This document shows, in pieces, positions 61,351 through 64,000 of a stretch of 64,000 nt of DNA (the stretch's first letter is position 1; each line of letters begins with the position of its first letter). The stretch comes from an uncultured Actinomycetes bacterium (GTDB lineage: Bacteria; Actinomycetota; Acidimicrobiia; IMCC26256; PALSA-610). Location: NCBI GenBank assembly GCA_963782465.1, contig CAWAJR010000002.1:165995-229994 (forward strand), written 5' to 3'. The notes under the pieces were generated by a model, which ran no database searches, was not told the DNA's origin, and saw nothing but the letters and a program-made list of their open reading frames with translations. Both the position numbers and the translations under genes were made by a program.

Positions 61351-63528
61351 ATGAGTGCATTCCTGTACCGCCTCGGCCGCGGCTGTGCCCGGCACCCGTT
61401 CCGGGTGCTCGCGCTCTGGCTCGTGGCTGCTCTCGCCGTCGTCGGCCTCAAGGGCGTTGCCGGCGGTCACTATGACAACAGCATCCGGGTCCCCGGCGTC
61501 GAGTCGCAGCGAGCGGCCGACACCTTGGAAGCACGCTTCCCTGCCCAGAGCGGCAAGACCGCCCGCATCGTGTTCCACACTGCCAACGGCCAGCTCGACG
61601 ACGCACGCCACAAGAACAGCGTCGAACGGGCTCGCGAACGGCTGGCCGCCGGCCACGCCGTCACCGCCGTCACCGACCCGTTTGGCCCGCAGTCCGCGGC
61701 CATCAGCGCCGACGGCCGCACCGCGTACATCGACGTCGCCTACGCCGTCGACAAGTTCACGACGACCCAGCTCCACGATGCCACCGCGGCAGCGTCGATC
61801 ACCCGTGCGGCCGGCGTGCGGACCGACTTCACCGGTGAGCTCGCGGAGGTCGCGGACCAGGCTCCGAGCAGCGAGCTCATCGGCATCATCGTCGCGATCA
61901 TCGTGTTGCTGTTCGCGTTCGGGTCGGTCGTGGCCATGGGCCTGCCGATCGTCACCGCGCTCATGGGCGTTTTCGTCGGGGCCGCCGGTGTCGGGGTGCT
62001 CTCCGCGTTCATCGACGTTCCCGACTTCTCGCTGATTCTGTGCATGATGGTCGGCCTCGGCGTCGGCATTGACTACGCGTTGTTCGTCGTCACCCGCCAC
62101 CGCGAGCACCTTCACGAGGGCATGAGCGTCGCCGACTCCGCGGGTACCGCCAACGCCACCGCCGGTATGTCGGTGCTGTTCGCCGGCTCGACCGTGGTCA
62201 TCGCCATCCTCGGGTTGCACCTCGCCGGCATCCCGGCGATCAGCTCGATGGGGGCGTCGGTCGCGCTCGTCGTCGTGGCCGCGATGATCGCCGCGGTCAC
62301 CCTGCTCCCCGGCCTGCTCGGCCTGGCCGGCACGAAGATCGACAAGCTGTCGATCCACCGCAAGACGCGCGCGACGAAGCGCCCGCACGAGACCGTCGCG
62401 GGGCGATGGGCGCAGCATGTCGGCCGGCACCCCGTCCGGTACGCGATCACCAGCTTCGTTGTGCTCTGCGCGCTGGCGATGCCGGCGCTGCACATGCGCA
62501 TCGGCACGCCCGACGACGGCAACGCCGGCGCCGGGAAGACGCAGCGTGTCGCCTACGACACCCTCGCGGGCGCTTTCGGACGCGGCTTCAACGGTCCCAT
62601 CCAGGCCGTCGTCGACATCCCGACTCCCGCCGATCGGCAGGCAGTTGGCCGAGTGCACGACGCCCTGCAGGCTGACCCCGGTGTCGCAGCGGTGACCGTC
62701 CCGGTCTTCAACCCCGCCCACAACGCGGCACTCCTGACCATCGATCCGACCACGGGGCCGCAGGACGAGAAGACCAACGAGCTCGTCCGCCACCTACGCG
62801 CCGACGTGCTTCCCGCAACCGTGGCCGGCACGAACGCGAAGGTCATGCTCACGGGACAGGCGATGGCGGTCGATCTCGCCGACCGGCTCACGAGCCGGCT
62901 GCCGATCTTCATCCTCGCCGTCGTTGCCATGTCGTTCGTGCTGTTGATGATCGTGTTTCGCTCGGTGCTCGTGGCCTTCAAGGCCGCGGTGATGAACCTG
63001 TTGTCGATCGCCGCCGCCTACGGAGTGCTCGTCGCCGTCTTCCAGTGGGGATGGGGCAAGCAGCTCATCGGCCTCGAGCACACCGTGCCCGTCAACCCGT
63101 TCCTGCCGCTGATGATGTTCGCGATCCTCTTCGGCCTCTCAATGGACTACGAGGTGTTCCTGCTGTCGCGCGTACGTGAGGAGTACGTCGCCACGGGCGA
63201 CAGCCACCAGTCGGTGGTCACGGGGCTGTCGAGCACGGCGCGGGTCATCACGTCGGCCGCGCTGATCATGATGAGTGTCTTCGGTGCCTTTGTCCTCGGC
63301 GACGACGTCAACGCCAAGATGTTCGGCATCGGCCTGTCGGTCGCGGTCTTCCTCGACGCCGCGCCGGTCCGCATGGTGCTCGTCCCGGCGACCATGAGCC
63401 TGCTCGGCCGCGCGAACTGGTGGCTGCCGAACTGGCTCGACCGCATCCTTCCCCACCTGGATCTCGAGGGTGCCCGCACCGAGCGACGCGTCGCGAGCGA
63501 CGCCGAGCCCCAGCTCGTCGCGGCCTAG
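61351..63528 (+). CDS. MMPL-family (RND superfamily) membrane transporter
   Basis: 725 aa with two 6-TM bundles, each preceded by an extracytoplasmic domain. GIDYALF and LSMDYEVFLLSR motifs are present. GGGAGGAG lies upstream of the ATG. Confidence 0.9.
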   Translation: MSAFLYRLGRGCARHPFRVLALWLVAALAVVGLKGVAGGHYDNSIRVPGVESQRAADTLEARFPAQSGKTARIVFHTANGQLDDARHKNSVERARERLAAGHAVTAVTDPFGPQSAAISADGRTAYIDVAYAVDKFTTTQLHDATAAASITRAAGVRTDFTGELAEVADQAPSSELIGIIVAIIVLLFAFGSVVAMGLPIVTALMGVFVGAAGVGVLSAFIDVPDFSLILCMMVGLGVGIDYALFVVTRHREHLHEGMSVADSAGTANATAGMSVLFAGSTVVIAILGLHLAGIPAISSMGASVALVVVAAMIAAVTLLPGLLGLAGTKIDKLSIHRKTRATKRPHETVAGRWAQHVGRHPVRYAITSFVVLCALAMPALHMRIGTPDDGNAGAGKTQRVAYDTLAGAFGRGFNGPIQAVVDIPTPADRQAVGRVHDALQADPGVAAVTVPVFNPAHNAALLTIDPTTGPQDEKTNELVRHLRADVLPATVAGTNAKVMLTGQAMAVDLADRLTSRLPIFILAVVAMSFVLLMIVFRSVLVAFKAAVMNLLSIAAAYGVLVAVFQWGWGKQLIGLEHTVPVNPFLPLMMFAILFGLSMDYEVFLLSRVREEYVATGDSHQSVVTGLSSTARVITSAALIMMSVFGAFVLGDDVNAKMFGIGLSVAVFLDAAPVRMVLVPATMSLLGRANWWLPNWLDRILPHLDLEGARTERRVASDAEPQLVAA

Positions 63529-63550
63529 TCGAATGCTCCCGTCGCGTCGG

Positions 63551-64000
63551 TTACGTCGGTTGGCAGGATGTCGCCTGTTCGTCGTTGAAGGAGATCGCGC
63601 CGGTCTTCCGCTTGAAGAGGGGGACCGTGAAGTGCGCCGGGTGCGCGCTGCTCACCGTCGAACCTTCCTCGACGAGCAGCGCGCCACCCCGGCACATCCA
63701 TGCGACCTCGAAGCCGGCGGAAGTGACCGCGCTGTTGGCCGACGTCACACTCGTCTTGCCGTGCGACCAGATCGTGCGACCGATGCGGTCGATCTCTCCC
63801 GACGCCAGTTCGGCCCGCGAGAACTCATAGAGCACCGCACCAACGCTGTAACCGTGCGTAGTTACCGGTACCGTCAAACCCGGGAACAGCTTCTTCGCAC
63901 CTTCGATGCTGCAGTTGTTCACGACCTCGTCGAACCCGTCGCTGCTCGTCACGATCCGGTGCGCGACGACGGTGCCTCCTCTGACCCCACTCCTGATGAC
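63551..64000 (-). CDS. Hypothetical protein, 3' part; the reading frame stays open to the window end
   Basis: The frame of ORF 63551..63952 continues without a stop to 64000. It is less GC-rich than its neighbours. I do not recognise a family. Confidence 0.4.
   Translation of the reverse strand, partial: VIRSGVRGGTVVAHRIVTSSDGFDEVVNNCSIEGAKKLFPGLTVPVTTHGYSVGAVLYEFSRAELASGEIDRIGRTIWSHGKTSVTSANSAVTSAGFEVAWMCRGGALLVEEGSTVSSAHPAHFTVPLFKRKTGAISFNDEQATSCQPT

Overview
This is a very GC-rich, actinobacterial-type chromosomal segment. All calls were made by eye from the sequence and the ORF track; no searches were run. The backbone is a conserved housekeeping synteny on the minus strand: argS-lysA-hom-thrC ... 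rho ... rpmE-DUF1385 ... prfA-prmC ... rpiB-glyA-wecA(rfe)-atpZ/atpI-atpBEFHAGDC. Many genes are joined by 1-4 nt start/stop overlaps (GTGA/ATGA). Four things interrupt the backbone. (1) A roughly 20 kb cell-envelope glycan cluster at 10.9-30.9 kb. It holds a WlbA/B/C/D-like diacetamido-sugar set, an ArnC/ArnD-like GT2 plus deacetylase pair, an FAD oxidoreductase, a methyltransferase, several GT4 genes, a Wzy/O-antigen-ligase-like protein, a Wzz/BY-kinase, a WbaP-like priming transferase, a tiny LPFTG protein and a DUF4012 protein. (2) A tandem pair of Cas4-like Fe-S PD-(D/E)XK proteins. (3) A TetR / putative di-iron protein / luciferase-like monooxygenase cassette with a palindromic operator. 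(4) An ECF sigma / anti-sigma pair. A sortase plus SDR are coupled to thrC, and a lipoprotein PQQ-type sugar dehydrogenase and an ApgM-like 'proposed homoserine kinase' sit where thrB normally lies. The right end carries a GGDEF cyclase with a coupled partner, a GT2, tRNA-Arg(CCG), a SARP/NB-ARC/TPR regulator and an MMPL transporter. The most notable non-coding features are a perfect 93-bp tandem repeat (3.6 copies) between atpA and atpG with a diverged solo relative after glyA, and two identical 37-nt perfect palindromes 8.8 kb apart that each supply the last codons and stop of a flanking gene. There is also a 44-nt perfect palindrome between convergent genes and a three-way alternative-hairpin leader upstream of hom. 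As given, the sequence has at least 12 apparent single-base indels that break 10 otherwise intact genes, including lysA. I read these as base-calling or assembly errors rather than biology. I found no CRISPR array, no transposase or integrase and no rRNA.
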